From Gemmatimonadales bacterium (GTDB lineage Bacteria > Gemmatimonadota > Gemmatimonadetes > Gemmatimonadales > GWC2-71-9), in the NCBI GenBank assembly GCA_041577295.1, contig JBFGJG010000023.1:1-64000 (forward strand): 64,000 bases of DNA. The letters run 5' to 3'. Shown piece by piece: positions 1 through 10,073 of the stretch. The notes below the pieces were generated by a model, which saw nothing but the letters and a program-made list of their open reading frames with translations, did not search any database and had not been told where the DNA came from. Each line of letters begins with the position of its first letter. The stretch's first letter is position 1. The translations under genes and the position numbers were made by a program.

Positions 1-12
1 CCAGCGCGGGCA

Positions 13-600
13 ATGTGGCGGGGGCGCGTTCCCGTCGGAGTCCTGGTGGTCTTCGCACTGTTTCTCCTAATCGTCGCTTACTTGATTACCGCGTCGTTTG
101 TGCGGAGGACTCAGCCGACATTCGCGCCTTCACCCATGGGGGCCAGGATACTCGAGGGTGATACCGCGCGCGGGGACACCGTTACCATTGACGCGCGGAA
201 CCCTACGGTGTGGCGCTTCTTCGATTTCGACCGCGCCGCAGTCCAGGAACCGCCAGACACCACAGGATGGGATCTTGCCTTTCGCCGCTTCCACATCATG
301 ACGAGCGGTAGGATCGCGATCGCCGAAACGGCGCGCTTTGATGCGCTTCTGCATCCCCCAAGTGGTGAGTACATCGAGAACCGCGTTGCGTCTGACACGA
401 CAAACCCCGCCGTCGCCGACTGGTACGATTACAACTTCCTGAGCCACCTGCTCGAGCCCAAGGCGCGGGTTTATGTCGTCCGAACCCGGGAGGGTCGTTT
501 CGCCAAGTTCGAAATCCTCAGCTATTACTGCCCGGGTTTGGCGGCCGGCTGCTTTACCATCCGATTCGGTCATCCGCTTCCTCTTGCGAGCGGCGGATAA
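13..600 (+). CDS. HmuY-family heme-binding protein with N-terminal membrane anchor
   Basis: Hydrophobic N-terminus; GWDLAFRR and VYVVRTREGRFAKFEILSYY match HmuY-family motifs. Start close to window edge. Confidence 0.75.
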   Translation: MWRGRVPVGVLVVFALFLLIVAYLITASFVRRTQPTFAPSPMGARILEGDTARGDTVTIDARNPTVWRFFDFDRAAVQEPPDTTGWDLAFRRFHIMTSGRIAIAETARFDALLHPPSGEYIENRVASDTTNPAVADWYDYNFLSHLLEPKARVYVVRTREGRFAKFEILSYYCPGLAAGCFTIRFGHPLPLASGG

Positions 601-648
601 GTGGCCGATCTCTTTCGATATGGATGCCGAGGAGGCTGAGGGAGCCAG

Positions 649-1077
649 ATGGCCAAGATCACTGCAGAACTCACCTCCGGAATGCTCGTTAGGATCTCAA
701 ACGGGCGCCACACGTGGCGCGCAGATGAGCCGCCTGAAGCCGGTGGCGAGGACACGGGACCCAATCCCTACGAATTACTGCTCGGCGCGCTCGCGGCCTG
801 CACGTGCATCACGCTCCAGCTCTACTGTCGTCATAAGGGGATCGCCCTCAAGTCGGTCACCACAACGTATGTGCATCATCGCGTGCACGCGCGTGATTGC
901 GAAGACTGCGACGACCCCCGGACAGGCTACATCGACCACGTGGAAAGTCACATCCGGCTGGCCGGAGACTTCGACGAGGCGCAGCGCCAACGGCTCACTC
1001 AGATCGCGGAGCGATGCCCGGTGCACAAAACGCTCGCGCACGGTGTCCACTTCGCAGATCGTGTCGTATTCGCTTAG
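649..1077 (+). CDS. OsmC/YhfA-family protein
   Basis: ADEP..GG.DTGPNPYELLLGALAACT and IAERCPVHKTL two-Cys motifs; GGGAG RBS. Confidence 0.9.
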   Translation: MAKITAELTSGMLVRISNGRHTWRADEPPEAGGEDTGPNPYELLLGALAACTCITLQLYCRHKGIALKSVTTTYVHHRVHARDCEDCDDPRTGYIDHVESHIRLAGDFDEAQRQRLTQIAERCPVHKTLAHGVHFADRVVFA

Positions 1078-1182
1078 CGTGCATGGAACGGACTCTGCTC
1101 GTGACATGCGGTGAGCCGGACTGACAAAAACGCGCCCGATCGTAGGAGACGACCCGGCACCTGTGGATGCGCTTGAGGACAG

Positions 1183-2865
1183 TCAGAACCGTGATGTCTC
1201 GAGCGTGACGTCGCTCGTACGCCAAGCGATCGCCAATCGGGTTCGCACGCTGGCCGCCTCACCCTGCTTCCCCTGCGCGGTCAAGCTTTGGTGGAGCCCG
1301 CTGAGCGCCCAGCCGTTCTCCGGAAACTTGGCCAGCGCCCTTCGATAGACCTGCTCTGCGTCCGCAGGGCGGCCGGCGTCCAGCAACACCGCCCCGAGCA
1401 CATCTCGCACAGGGAGATCCCATGGTGGTGGCTCGTCATAGGTGAGGGCCGCTTCCCGTTTCACGCCTGTCTCGAGCTCGGAGATTGCAGCTGCGTAGTC
1501 ACCACGTGCTGCCGCGATCTCACCAGCGAGAACCTGCGCGGCCACGCCCAAGAGCGCGGTCGCAGTGTTCAGGTCCCACACGGTCACCTGTTCGAGCGCC
1601 GGCTGGTCCAAGATCGCGCGCAGCTGTGTGAGCTCGCGACTCGCGTCGTCGAGTCGGCTCGTTCGTGCAAACGCCATCCCACGTGCGTAGTGCCAGGTGC
1701 CGATGGGGTAGATCAGATCGGCCTCGGGTTTCGCCGCGGCGAGGATCTCTTGCCACTTGCCGAATCGGACGTAGGTCCGGAGCGGCGTGACCAAGTAGTG
1801 TTGCAGCGCGCCCAGGCCCGGTGCCCGCAGCATGGTCCGGTCGATTTTCTCCGCCAGCTTGTGCGAAGCCTCGATCGCAAGCGCGCCGTGTCCGGCCATC
1901 GTCGCGGCGAACGACAGGAAGTGATAATTGTGCGGGTAGTATGCCAGGGTATAGCTGGATGCCTGAGGCTCGTCTGCGATGTACTGTTCGTCTGCGTGGA
2001 CTGCGTGTTTATTGGCTTCGATTGCGTCAGCGTAGCGTCCCACGCGAATGAAGACGTGCGAGGGCATATGCACGATGTGACCGGCGCCGGGCATCAGGCC
2101 GCCGATCCGTTCGGCGCACGGCACGGCCCGCTCCGGATAGGCCGCCTCAACGGCGTGAATGTAGAAGTGGCAGGCGCCGGCATGCTCTCGCGAGCGCTCT
2201 GTGATGGATGCGAGACGCATGAGCAGCTGGTCGGTGCCCGATCTCGGTGCGTTGTCCTCCGTCCAGTAGTTCCACGGAGACAGGAGCATCAGCGCTTCCG
2301 CCGCTAGCACCTGCGCGTCGTCATCGTCTGCATATCGATCGGCGACATGGCGCATGACCCGGGCGTACGCCGTGTCGTGTGCCGCCCGTTCAACCATTGG
2401 ATCCGCCGCGTACCGCTGAGCCATCGCGTCAATGTACGCTCGCTCCTTTGGCGTGGCGCGCGCCGCGTGCTCGTTCGCTTTCTGGGCCGCCATGTAGGCT
2501 TTCACGCCTCCTGCCGAATCCATCGCGGCGTTGATGTTGGGGCCCGCGGCCCACGCGATCCCCCACCAGCACATCGCGCAACGCGGATCGAGGCGTGTCG
2601 CTTCCTCGAACGACCGGAGCGCCTCGGCGTGATTGAACCCGTAGGTCAATCGCACACCCTGGTCAAAATAGGCCTGCGCTCGGGGATCGTCCGTCGTGAT
2701 CGGATGGTGATGGTTGCCGAGGTTGTCGTAGAGGGGAACGCTTGATGACGGGTGCCGGTCCTGTGTGCCGTGGCCATGATCCTGACCGACCGCTGTAATT
2801 GGGAGTGCGGCCGCCAGCACGACCATCGACGCAACGACTCTCCCCTCCCGATGATGCCGCCGCAT
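1183..2865 (-). CDS. Secreted TPR-repeat protein with His-rich motifs, function unknown
   Basis: Signal-peptide-like N-terminus; TPR-like helices (AQAYFDQG..., DAEQVYRRALAKFPENGWAL). Start moved to ATG 2865, 7 nt after GGAGG. Confidence 0.75.
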   Translation of the reverse strand: MRRHHREGRVVASMVVLAAALPITAVGQDHGHGTQDRHPSSSVPLYDNLGNHHHPITTDDPRAQAYFDQGVRLTYGFNHAEALRSFEEATRLDPRCAMCWWGIAWAAGPNINAAMDSAGGVKAYMAAQKANEHAARATPKERAYIDAMAQRYAADPMVERAAHDTAYARVMRHVADRYADDDDAQVLAAEALMLLSPWNYWTEDNAPRSGTDQLLMRLASITERSREHAGACHFYIHAVEAAYPERAVPCAERIGGLMPGAGHIVHMPSHVFIRVGRYADAIEANKHAVHADEQYIADEPQASSYTLAYYPHNYHFLSFAATMAGHGALAIEASHKLAEKIDRTMLRAPGLGALQHYLVTPLRTYVRFGKWQEILAAAKPEADLIYPIGTWHYARGMAFARTSRLDDASRELTQLRAILDQPALEQVTVWDLNTATALLGVAAQVLAGEIAAARGDYAAAISELETGVKREAALTYDEPPPWDLPVRDVLGAVLLDAGRPADAEQVYRRALAKFPENGWALSGLHQSLTAQGKQGEAASVRTRLAIAWRTSDVTLETSRF

Positions 2866-3193
2866 GCTCATTCCTCCGGGTTTACGTGGGTGTGACAATG
2901 CTCACTGATCCCCGCCAGCTTCAATCTTAATAAGGCGCAATGAGCGCGCGGAATGACTCATCCGACGGAGCTGGTTGCAGACGGCGACACTGTAAGCGTC
3001 GTCGAGCGGGGTGTGTCTAAGTGTTTATGTTACAATACATTGTGCCTGAGGAAGATCGTCGTCCACCTGGGCGGGGGTTGCACGGCAGCGTTCAACCCGG
3101 GTGTCCACCCCAATTCCCGAAGGCTCGCTCACGGATTACACTGCAGTAACGCGGTTCACCCTCTCGACCGGCTAGGAAGGAGCCTCGAGATCC

Positions 3194-3361
3194 ATGATTG
3201 ACGATCGCAAGCTCGCCGCACTGGCAAAAAAGAACGCCGCGAAAGAAGCCAAGCCCAAGAACAAGAAACGGCGCAAGTACGATGACACACTGCCAAGGGA
3301 GGCTGAGGACGATCCCGAGCTGCGGCGCTTCTTCTCGGAGATGAAGAAGAGAGAGTTCTAG
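3194..3361 (+). CDS. Small basic protein, 55 aa (below ORF-track cutoff)
   Basis: Hand translation MIDDRKLAALAKKNAAKEAKPKNKKRRKYDDTLPREAEDDPELRRFFSEMKKREF*; AGGAAGGAG upstream; fills an otherwise empty gap. Confidence 0.7.
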   Translation: MIDDRKLAALAKKNAAKEAKPKNKKRRKYDDTLPREAEDDPELRRFFSEMKKREF

Positions 3362-3418
3362 TGAACGGCTGCTTCCTGCCACGCGGGAAGTCATCGTAGC
3401 GCCCTACCCCCATTCGCC

Positions 3419-4198
3419 GTGACGAGAACCCTCGCGTTGCTGATGTCCGCCGTCGCCGTCGCTTCGACCGGCGCCGGCATCGGCGCTGCGCGGGACGGCA
3501 TCATCCGGCGACACGATCGACCAGACTCCGCGTATCTCGCCCTAGGAGCGCGCTACCCTGCGCTCGCCCACATCAACCTGCCCACGAAGAGTGGCGCCCG
3601 TGACGGCGAGGGAACACTCATTGGACGGCATTGGATTCTCACTGCCGCACACGTCGCTCAAGAGGTCCGTCTAGGTCATCGAATCGAAGTCGGTGGCAAA
3701 TTTTTTACCGTCGACTCCATCGTCATTCATCCTGCGTGGACGCGCGGGCCGCACGACCTCGCGTTACTGCGACTCTCGTTTCCAGTAATGGACGTGGCAC
3801 CGGTTCCCCTGTATCGGGGCGACGACGAACAAGGGCGAGAGGTGATCTTGCTAGGGTACGGTGACATCGGCACCGGCCAAACCGGGCCAACCGGCAATGA
3901 CGGCCTCGTTCGCGGCGCTACCAATCGGATCGACGAGGCCGCCGGTTTCTGGCTCAAGTTTGCGTTCGATCCACCCGGTTCTCCCAACGTCACAGACCTC
4001 GAGGGAGTGAGCGGTCCGGGTGACAGCGGCGGACCGGCGTTTTTCGAGATCGACGATCGCGTGATCCTGGCGGGCGTGTCGTCCGCGCAGAGCTCGCGTG
4101 CCTCGGGTGGTCGCCCCGGGCATTATGGAGTGATCGAATACTACGTGCGTGTTTCGCGTTATCTCGATTGGATCGACTACTACGTGAACACCCGTTGA
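3419..4198 (+). CDS. Secreted trypsin-like (S1) serine protease
   Basis: Signal peptide; triad motifs LTAAH, DLALL, GDSGGP. Confidence 0.92.
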   Translation: MTRTLALLMSAVAVASTGAGIGAARDGIIRRHDRPDSAYLALGARYPALAHINLPTKSGARDGEGTLIGRHWILTAAHVAQEVRLGHRIEVGGKFFTVDSIVIHPAWTRGPHDLALLRLSFPVMDVAPVPLYRGDDEQGREVILLGYGDIGTGQTGPTGNDGLVRGATNRIDEAAGFWLKFAFDPPGSPNVTDLEGVSGPGDSGGPAFFEIDDRVILAGVSSAQSSRASGGRPGHYGVIEYYVRVSRYLDWIDYYVNTR

Positions 4199-4243
4199 CT
4201 ATGTACCAGCCGCACTCAAAGTCTCAGACTCCATAGGACTGCG

Positions 4244-4696
4244 GTGTCGAGCATCACACAGCCTCTCGTGCTCGCACGACTGATCGCTCGACTGGAGGCG
4301 CTGCGCCCTGATACCCCACGTCGGTGGGGGACCCTTACCCCCGGAGAGATGCTGTGCCACTTGGGCGACGCGACCGCCAGCGTCGTGATCCGGGAGCCTC
4401 CGGTGCACCCGCCGCCCCGGCGACGAATACGGAAGTGGATTGCACTGAGATCACCGCTGCCCTGGCCCCAGGGGGTCAACACGATTCCGTCCGTAGACCC
4501 GCGCCGCGACGGCACGCGCCCGGGTGATTTCGAGACGGACCGTAAACGCGCGATCGAAGGGCTGCAGACGTTGCTCAGCACGCCGCCGGACAAATTGTCG
4601 CCAAAGCACACGATGTTTGGGCGAATGAACGCGGACGACTGGTACCGCTGGGCTTACCGACATACCGACCATCACCTCCGACAGTTTGGTCTCTGA
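4244..4696 (+). CDS. DinB-like / DUF1569 protein
   Basis: WG.LT..EMLCHL, H..FG.M and H.DHHLRQFG motifs. Confidence 0.85.
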   Translation: MSSITQPLVLARLIARLEALRPDTPRRWGTLTPGEMLCHLGDATASVVIREPPVHPPPRRRIRKWIALRSPLPWPQGVNTIPSVDPRRDGTRPGDFETDRKRAIEGLQTLLSTPPDKLSPKHTMFGRMNADDWYRWAYRHTDHHLRQFGL

Positions 4697-4783
4697 CGCC
4701 GTTTTGCTGGCGCCGAGGCATCACGTTGCGCGAATCGGTACGCGCTGCATATTCGCGTGCACCGTCGACGATCCGGGGTTCGC

Positions 4784-5257
4784 ATGAAGACCTGTGGGCC
4801 TGTTCTAGCTTTGATGGTCGCGCTAACAGCCGCATGCTCGGCTGGCGACCACCGATTGGACGAGGCTGAGCGAAACACCATTGCCCGTGCGGTCGACTCG
4901 GCAACGCTAGCGTTCGAGGCGGCCGAACGCGCTCGCGACGCCGAAGCCATCATCGCGCATCTCGCCGCAGATTTCTACATGTACAACGACGGGCGGCGTA
5001 CGCCGTACGATTCGGTCGTCGCCAGCATTCGGCGGTCGATGAGAACGTTTCAGCACTTCGAGCCTGGGTTCCGCGATATCGAGGTGCGCGTGCTCGGCCG
5101 CCACGCGGCGCTCGTTTCGCTCACGTTTCATGATTCGATCGTGACCAACACGGGAGATATCATGCGTTTCTCCGGCCCAACGACACTCATCTGGCAACGC
5201 CGTGGCGCCGACTGGCGAATTATCTACGCCGATGCCGACCACTACGCCGTTCAATGA
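4784..5257 (+). CDS. NTF2-like (DUF4440/SnoaL) lipoprotein
   Basis: Lipobox-like LTAAC; C-terminal T.IWQRRG..WRII pattern. Confidence 0.75.
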   Translation: MKTCGPVLALMVALTAACSAGDHRLDEAERNTIARAVDSATLAFEAAERARDAEAIIAHLAADFYMYNDGRRTPYDSVVASIRRSMRTFQHFEPGFRDIEVRVLGRHAALVSLTFHDSIVTNTGDIMRFSGPTTLIWQRRGADWRIIYADADHYAVQ

Positions 5258-5310
5258 TTCTCGTGTGCACGCACACAGTAGTCTCGCTCGAGTACGGGAG
5301 GCGGTGAACC

Positions 5311-5808
5311 ATGCGTCAACTTCAAATCGTTTTGTTCAGCCTCGTCTCGACGGTGCTGTTCGCCTGCGGCGACCGCGGAGAGACAAACCGGCTGGAGGAG
5401 CACAAGGTTCTCGCCCGTCAGTTCTTTCAGGATCTCGACAACGCCGGCACCTCTGTCGACTTCATCGATCGATGGATGACGCCGGATTTCCGCACCTACT
5501 TCAACAGTTCAGAACCAATGGATCTGGCAGGCTACCGGCAGTTCATGTCCGGAGCGTTGAATGCCTTCTCGGACATGCGGCACGACATTCATTATGTCAT
5601 AGCCGAAAACGACCGTGTAGCGATGTTCATCACCTTACGTATGGTGCACACCGGGGACTTCAACGGTGTCCCCGCCACAGGGAGGTCGGTCGCCATCGAG
5701 GAGTTCGTCGTCGTCCGGTTTGCGGACGGTAAGATTGCCGAGGAATGGGTCGTCGTCGATTTCGCCGCCCTGCAGCAACAGCTGACGGCGCCAACGCCGG
5801 GTACATGA
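5311..5808 (+). CDS. SnoaL-like ester cyclase family lipoprotein
   Basis: Lipobox LFAC; AFSD, HTGDF.GVPATGR and DGKIAEEW motifs. Confidence 0.85.
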   Translation: MRQLQIVLFSLVSTVLFACGDRGETNRLEEHKVLARQFFQDLDNAGTSVDFIDRWMTPDFRTYFNSSEPMDLAGYRQFMSGALNAFSDMRHDIHYVIAENDRVAMFITLRMVHTGDFNGVPATGRSVAIEEFVVVRFADGKIAEEWVVVDFAALQQQLTAPTPGT

Positions 5809-5823
5809 AAGACGGAATACCAC

Positions 5824-6228
5824 ATGGCTGGTGACTTTCCGGTCGCCGGCGTGGAGGTCACGCAGTTGCTCGTGGTCTCCGATCTCGCCCGTGCCCGCTC
5901 GTTCTATTGCGATGTGCTGGGTGCGACGTTGTTTCGCGAATACGGCGGAACGTCGGCCGTGCTGCAGTTTCAGGGATGCTGGCTCTTGCTCGTTACTGGC
6001 GGCGGACCGACTGAAGACAAACCCGGAGTGGTGTTCGCCCCGCCAGCGGATCCCAGCATCGTGGATCATCAGATGACGTTACGCGTGCCCGACTGTCGGG
6101 CGGCATATCAAACGCTCAGGTCCCGGGGGGCAAACTTCTTGACCCCACCCGTGGATCGCGGTGGTGAGATCCGCGCGTTCCTCCGGGATCCGGATGGGCA
6201 CCTGATCGAGATCAGCGAAGTGACCTGA
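5824..6228 (+). CDS. VOC/glyoxalase family protein
   Basis: VSDLARARSFY.DVLG and FLRDPDGHLIEI. Confidence 0.9.
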   Translation: MAGDFPVAGVEVTQLLVVSDLARARSFYCDVLGATLFREYGGTSAVLQFQGCWLLLVTGGGPTEDKPGVVFAPPADPSIVDHQMTLRVPDCRAAYQTLRSRGANFLTPPVDRGGEIRAFLRDPDGHLIEISEVT

Positions 6229-6312
6229 CGTGGCGGCCGCAGTCATTTCTCTGCATCGTGATCAGTCGATCGACCGCCGCCCCACCCCGCAGCCAGCTCA
6301 CCGGCCGCTTAC

Positions 6313-7680
6313 TCACACCACACCGTATGCGAGCATAGCATCCGCGACTTTGACGAAACCCCCAATGTTTGCACCCTTCACATAATCAATGCGCCCGTCG
6401 TGATCCTGCCCGTACTCGACACACTTGTCGTGAATGCGCTTCATGATGTTCCGCAGATGCCCGTCGACCTCCTCTCGTGACCACGAGATCCGTAACGCGT
6501 TCTGACTCTGCTCGAGCCCCGACACGGCCACGCCGCCAGCGTTGGCCGCCTTGGCTGGCGCAAACGGAACCTGCTTCTGCTGAAAGATGCGCACTGCTTC
6601 GAGGGTGCAGGGCATATTGGCACCTTCCGCAACGCCACGCACACCATTGGCGGTGAGCGCGGTCGCGTCGTCAGGACCCAATTCGTTTTGCGTTGCACAC
6701 GGAAAGGCCAACTCACAGGGAACGTGCCAAGGACCTTGATTGGCATGAAACGTTGCGTGCGTGAACTTCTCAGCGTACTCGCTAATGCGGCCGCGGCGTA
6801 TTTCTTTGAGCTCCTTGAGCCAGTGCAGCTTCTCTTCATCGATACCGTTGGGATCGTGTACAAATCCAGCGGAGTCGGACGCCGCGACCACTTTGACACC
6901 GAGCTGCACCAACTTCTCGATGCAGTACAGCGCCACATTCCCGGACCCTGAGGTCACCGCCGTCTTGCCGCGCAACTCTTCTCCCTCACGCTCAAACATG
7001 TTTTTGAGAAAATAGACCACCCCGTAGCCGGTGGCTTCGGTGCGAATGAGGCTCCCACCGAAGGCAAGCCCCTTCCCTGTTAGGATGCCGGTTACCCGGT
7101 TTTCCATCCGCTTGTACTGGCCAAACATGTATCCGATCTCGCGCGCGCCCACACCAATGTCCCCTGCGGGAACGTCGGTGTCTTCGCCAATGTGCCGGGA
7201 GAGCTCGATCATCAGCGACTGACAGAAGCGCATGACCTCACGGTCGCTCTTCCCCTTGGGATTGAAGTTCGCGCCGCCCTTTCCACCTCCCATCGGAAGG
7301 CCGGTGAGCGAATTCTTGAACACCTGCTCGAACCCGAGAAACTTGAGCACGCTGAGGGTAACGCTGGGATGAAAGCGCATCCCGCCCTTGTATGGACCGA
7401 TCGAATTGTTGAACTGCACGCGCCAAGCGCGGTTCACCCGGATGTTTCCTTCGTCGTCTTCCCAGGCCACGCGAAAAATCACAATTCGGTCCGGCTCGGT
7501 CATTCGCTCGAGGATGTTTGCGTCATAGTATTTCCGATGCTCGAGCACAAACGGCATTAGAGTCTCTGCCACTTCTTGCACTGCCTGGTGAAACTCGGGC
7601 TCTCCGGGATTGCGCTTGATGAGGCCCGCCATGAATCGCTCGACTTCTTTGCGAACCTTGCTCTGCGCTGCGCGACTCAT
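6313..7680 (-). CDS. gdhA: NADP-specific glutamate dehydrogenase
   Basis: GPYKGGMRFHP, GGGKGG, DVPAGDIGVG, RTEATGYG, GSGNVA. Start at 7680 with AAGGAG RBS. Confidence 0.96.
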   Translation of the reverse strand: MSRAAQSKVRKEVERFMAGLIKRNPGEPEFHQAVQEVAETLMPFVLEHRKYYDANILERMTEPDRIVIFRVAWEDDEGNIRVNRAWRVQFNNSIGPYKGGMRFHPSVTLSVLKFLGFEQVFKNSLTGLPMGGGKGGANFNPKGKSDREVMRFCQSLMIELSRHIGEDTDVPAGDIGVGAREIGYMFGQYKRMENRVTGILTGKGLAFGGSLIRTEATGYGVVYFLKNMFEREGEELRGKTAVTSGSGNVALYCIEKLVQLGVKVVAASDSAGFVHDPNGIDEEKLHWLKELKEIRRGRISEYAEKFTHATFHANQGPWHVPCELAFPCATQNELGPDDATALTANGVRGVAEGANMPCTLEAVRIFQQKQVPFAPAKAANAGGVAVSGLEQSQNALRISWSREEVDGHLRNIMKRIHDKCVEYGQDHDGRIDYVKGANIGGFVKVADAMLAYGVV

Positions 7681-7776
7681 CGTGATCTCCTTGACGCGAG
7701 AGGGTGACACCCGCCGAGCGCTGTACCGATGGGCGGACAATGAGCCCGTTACACACTCCCGCCAGGGACGCCCGCA

Positions 7777-7782
7777 ATTATA
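7777..7782 (-). promoter_or_regulatory. Candidate sigma70 -10 box for gdhA
   Basis: Perfect TATAAT on minus strand about 97 nt upstream of the start in GC-rich DNA; no clear -35. Confidence 0.5.
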
Positions 7783-7884
7783 CCGCCGTCCTCAATGGAC
7801 GGACAGATTCGTGCCGTATCGTTCGATTCCGCGCTCGTCGCATTAGATTGGGAGGACGGCAATTCGATTTCGGGTCAACCGCGT

Positions 7885-8385
7885 ATGACACCACTCCGTT
7901 CCATCGACGGTCGTGTAGACATCGGTCACGTTCATCTCAAGGTGGCCCATCTCGAGCGCGCCATTGCCTTCTATCGCGATGTGCTTGGATTCGAGGTGAC
8001 ACAGCGCATGGGCGATCGGGCGGCCTTCTTGAGCGCCGGGGGCTACCATCATCACATCGGGCTGAATACCTGGGAGAGCCTCGGCGGAGCTCCACCACCA
8101 CGTGGTACCACGGGTCTCTACCACCTCGCGATCCGTTACCCAGACCGCTCGGCCCTTGCAACCGCCTATCGCCGGCTACTCGATGCCGGGGTGGCCCTTG
8201 ACGGAAGTGCCGACCACGGGGTCAGCGAAGCGCTCTACCTTCACGACCCGGACAACAATGGGGTGGAGCTGTACTACGATCGACCTTCCGATCGCTGGCC
8301 GCGAGCGGCGAATGGGGAGATCGCGATGTATACGCGCCCATTGGATCTGCAGGGGTTGCTTGGGGAGGTTGGCGCTGCACCGTGA
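7885..8385 (+). CDS. VOC family protein, CatE-like single domain
   Basis: IGHVHLKV, AGGYHHHIGLNTW, GLYHLA, DHGVSEALYL.DPD.NGVELY. Start uncertain (7795 or 7885). Confidence 0.9.
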   Translation: MTPLRSIDGRVDIGHVHLKVAHLERAIAFYRDVLGFEVTQRMGDRAAFLSAGGYHHHIGLNTWESLGGAPPPRGTTGLYHLAIRYPDRSALATAYRRLLDAGVALDGSADHGVSEALYLHDPDNNGVELYYDRPSDRWPRAANGEIAMYTRPLDLQGLLGEVGAAP

Positions 8386-8457
8386 ACTGATTGGCGGTGC
8401 TCGTTGCATGGTTTACCGTTCCGCTTCGACACCGTACAACACTACAAGGAGAATGCT

Positions 8458-8994
8458 ATGAGCTACCGGAGGGTGACGAGTCTTGTATTGGTAAGTGCCA
8501 TACTTGGAGCTGCACCCATTGGTGCACAAAGCGCGGCTACGGACTACCGCGACGAAATCATGCGGCACTTCGAGCAGTCGACACGGAAGCTGACGAGTCT
8601 CGCGGAAGCCGTTCCGGGCGAGCTGTACACCTGGCGTCCCGGCGAGGGGATCATGTCGATCGCCCAGGTCTACATGCACATCGCACGGTATAACTACATG
8701 TACCCGGAAACCTCGCTCGGCATCGCAGCTCCGCAAGAGATCGACCTGGATAATTTGGAGAGCATTACCGACAAGACCCAGGTCACGGCGTTGCTGAAAC
8801 GGTCGGTTACGCACGTGCGAGAGCTTGCCGCACAAATGAGTGAGAGGGATCTCAATCGGCCAACGATGCTATACGGTCGTGAGGTCCCCGGATGGGCGGT
8901 CTTACTCCAGCTCGTGGCGCACATGAATGAGCACGTGGGACAGTCGGTGTCGTACGCTCGAATGAACAACATCGTCCCACCGTGGTCTCGGTAG
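8458..8994 (+). CDS. Secreted DinB-family protein
   Basis: AAGGAG RBS, signal peptide, WRP.EG.MS....HI and H..EH.GQ...YAR....VPPWS. Confidence 0.85.
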   Translation: MSYRRVTSLVLVSAILGAAPIGAQSAATDYRDEIMRHFEQSTRKLTSLAEAVPGELYTWRPGEGIMSIAQVYMHIARYNYMYPETSLGIAAPQEIDLDNLESITDKTQVTALLKRSVTHVRELAAQMSERDLNRPTMLYGREVPGWAVLLQLVAHMNEHVGQSVSYARMNNIVPPWSR

Positions 8995-9037
8995 TAGGTG
9001 GCGTACCCGCCGCCAACCTTCAATGAAGGACGTAACC

Positions 9038-9412
9038 ATGCGTTCGCGACCCATCGTACCGATCTTGGCGTTGATCCTCACGACAACGGCCTGTGCGGCG
9101 ATCTTCAGCAGTGGCCCGGACCCCGTCAACTTCGGATCGGACCCGGAGGGAGCCGAGGTGATCGTAAACGGTCAGCAGATGGGTACGACCCCGGTCACGC
9201 TGCGCCTGCACCCGGACAAGGACCACACGGTCATGTTCCGGCGAGCGGGATACGAGGACGCTGTCGTCTCCCTCACGACGCATGTCCAGGGTGGTTGGGT
9301 CGTGCTCGATATCCTCGCGGGCATCATTGGCGTCGCCATAGACGCTGGAACCGGTGAATGGAAGGCCTTCGATTCCGGCGAGCACTTCGTCACTCTCCAA
9401 CGCCGGCAGTAG
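9038..9412 (+). CDS. PEGA-domain lipoprotein
   Basis: TTAC lipobox-like; SDPEGAEV.VNG...G.TP PEGA pattern; C-terminal hydrophobic segment. Confidence 0.8.
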   Translation: MRSRPIVPILALILTTTACAAIFSSGPDPVNFGSDPEGAEVIVNGQQMGTTPVTLRLHPDKDHTVMFRRAGYEDAVVSLTTHVQGGWVVLDILAGIIGVAIDAGTGEWKAFDSGEHFVTLQRRQ

Positions 9413-9460
9413 CATCGAAATGCGCGAGCACGTGTTCATCGGCTGCTGACGGCCCCAAGC

Positions 9461-10072
9461 ATGCTGCTGAACCGTGTCGAGTACGCGATGATGAACAATC
9501 CGGTCCGCGGTGCCGTGCAACGGTACATCGAGGCCCGGACACTTCGCGCCATGGGCGGCGTGCTCGACGGAGGGACCGTCCTCGAGATCGGATGCGGTCG
9601 AGGTGTTGGCGTGGAGATCATTCTGGACGTTTTTCGTGCGGACGCGGTGCACGCCTTCGATCTCGATCGCCGGATGGTGCAGCGTGCGCGCGCCAGGCTG
9701 CGCCGACGGCACGCAGAGACCTGCGTATGGACGGGCGACGCGACCGCCATCGCGGCACCCGATCACACTTACGACGCCGTCTTCGACTTCGGCATCATCC
9801 ACCATGTCCCCTCCTGGCGAGTAGCGGTGGCCGAGGTCGCCCGTGTGCTCAAGCCAGGCGGACGACTCTACGCGGAAGAAGTGCTCGATCGGTTTGTCCA
9901 GCACCCGCTCAGCCGCTGGTTGCTGCGGCACCCGCAGGTCGATCGATTTGACACCGCAGCGTTCCGCGCGGCGCTGGTGGATGTTGGGCTGACCAATGTG
10001 CAAGCCAAAGAGCTATGGGGAGGTTTCGCGTGGTTTGTCGCGCAAAAGGAACCTGTCAGGGTACCAGCTTGA
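9461..10072 (+). CDS. Class I SAM-dependent methyltransferase
   Basis: VLEIGCGRG motif I, GDA, RVLKPGG. Confidence 0.92.
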   Translation: MLLNRVEYAMMNNPVRGAVQRYIEARTLRAMGGVLDGGTVLEIGCGRGVGVEIILDVFRADAVHAFDLDRRMVQRARARLRRRHAETCVWTGDATAIAAPDHTYDAVFDFGIIHHVPSWRVAVAEVARVLKPGGRLYAEEVLDRFVQHPLSRWLLRHPQVDRFDTAAFRAALVDVGLTNVQAKELWGGFAWFVAQKEPVRVPA

Positions 10073-10073
10073 C

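Noticed and set aside
3092..3413. Minus-strand ORFs 3092-3394 and 3156-3413
   Set aside because: Antisense to the better-supported 55-aa ORF; the apparent hydrophobic stretch is the complement of Lys codons.
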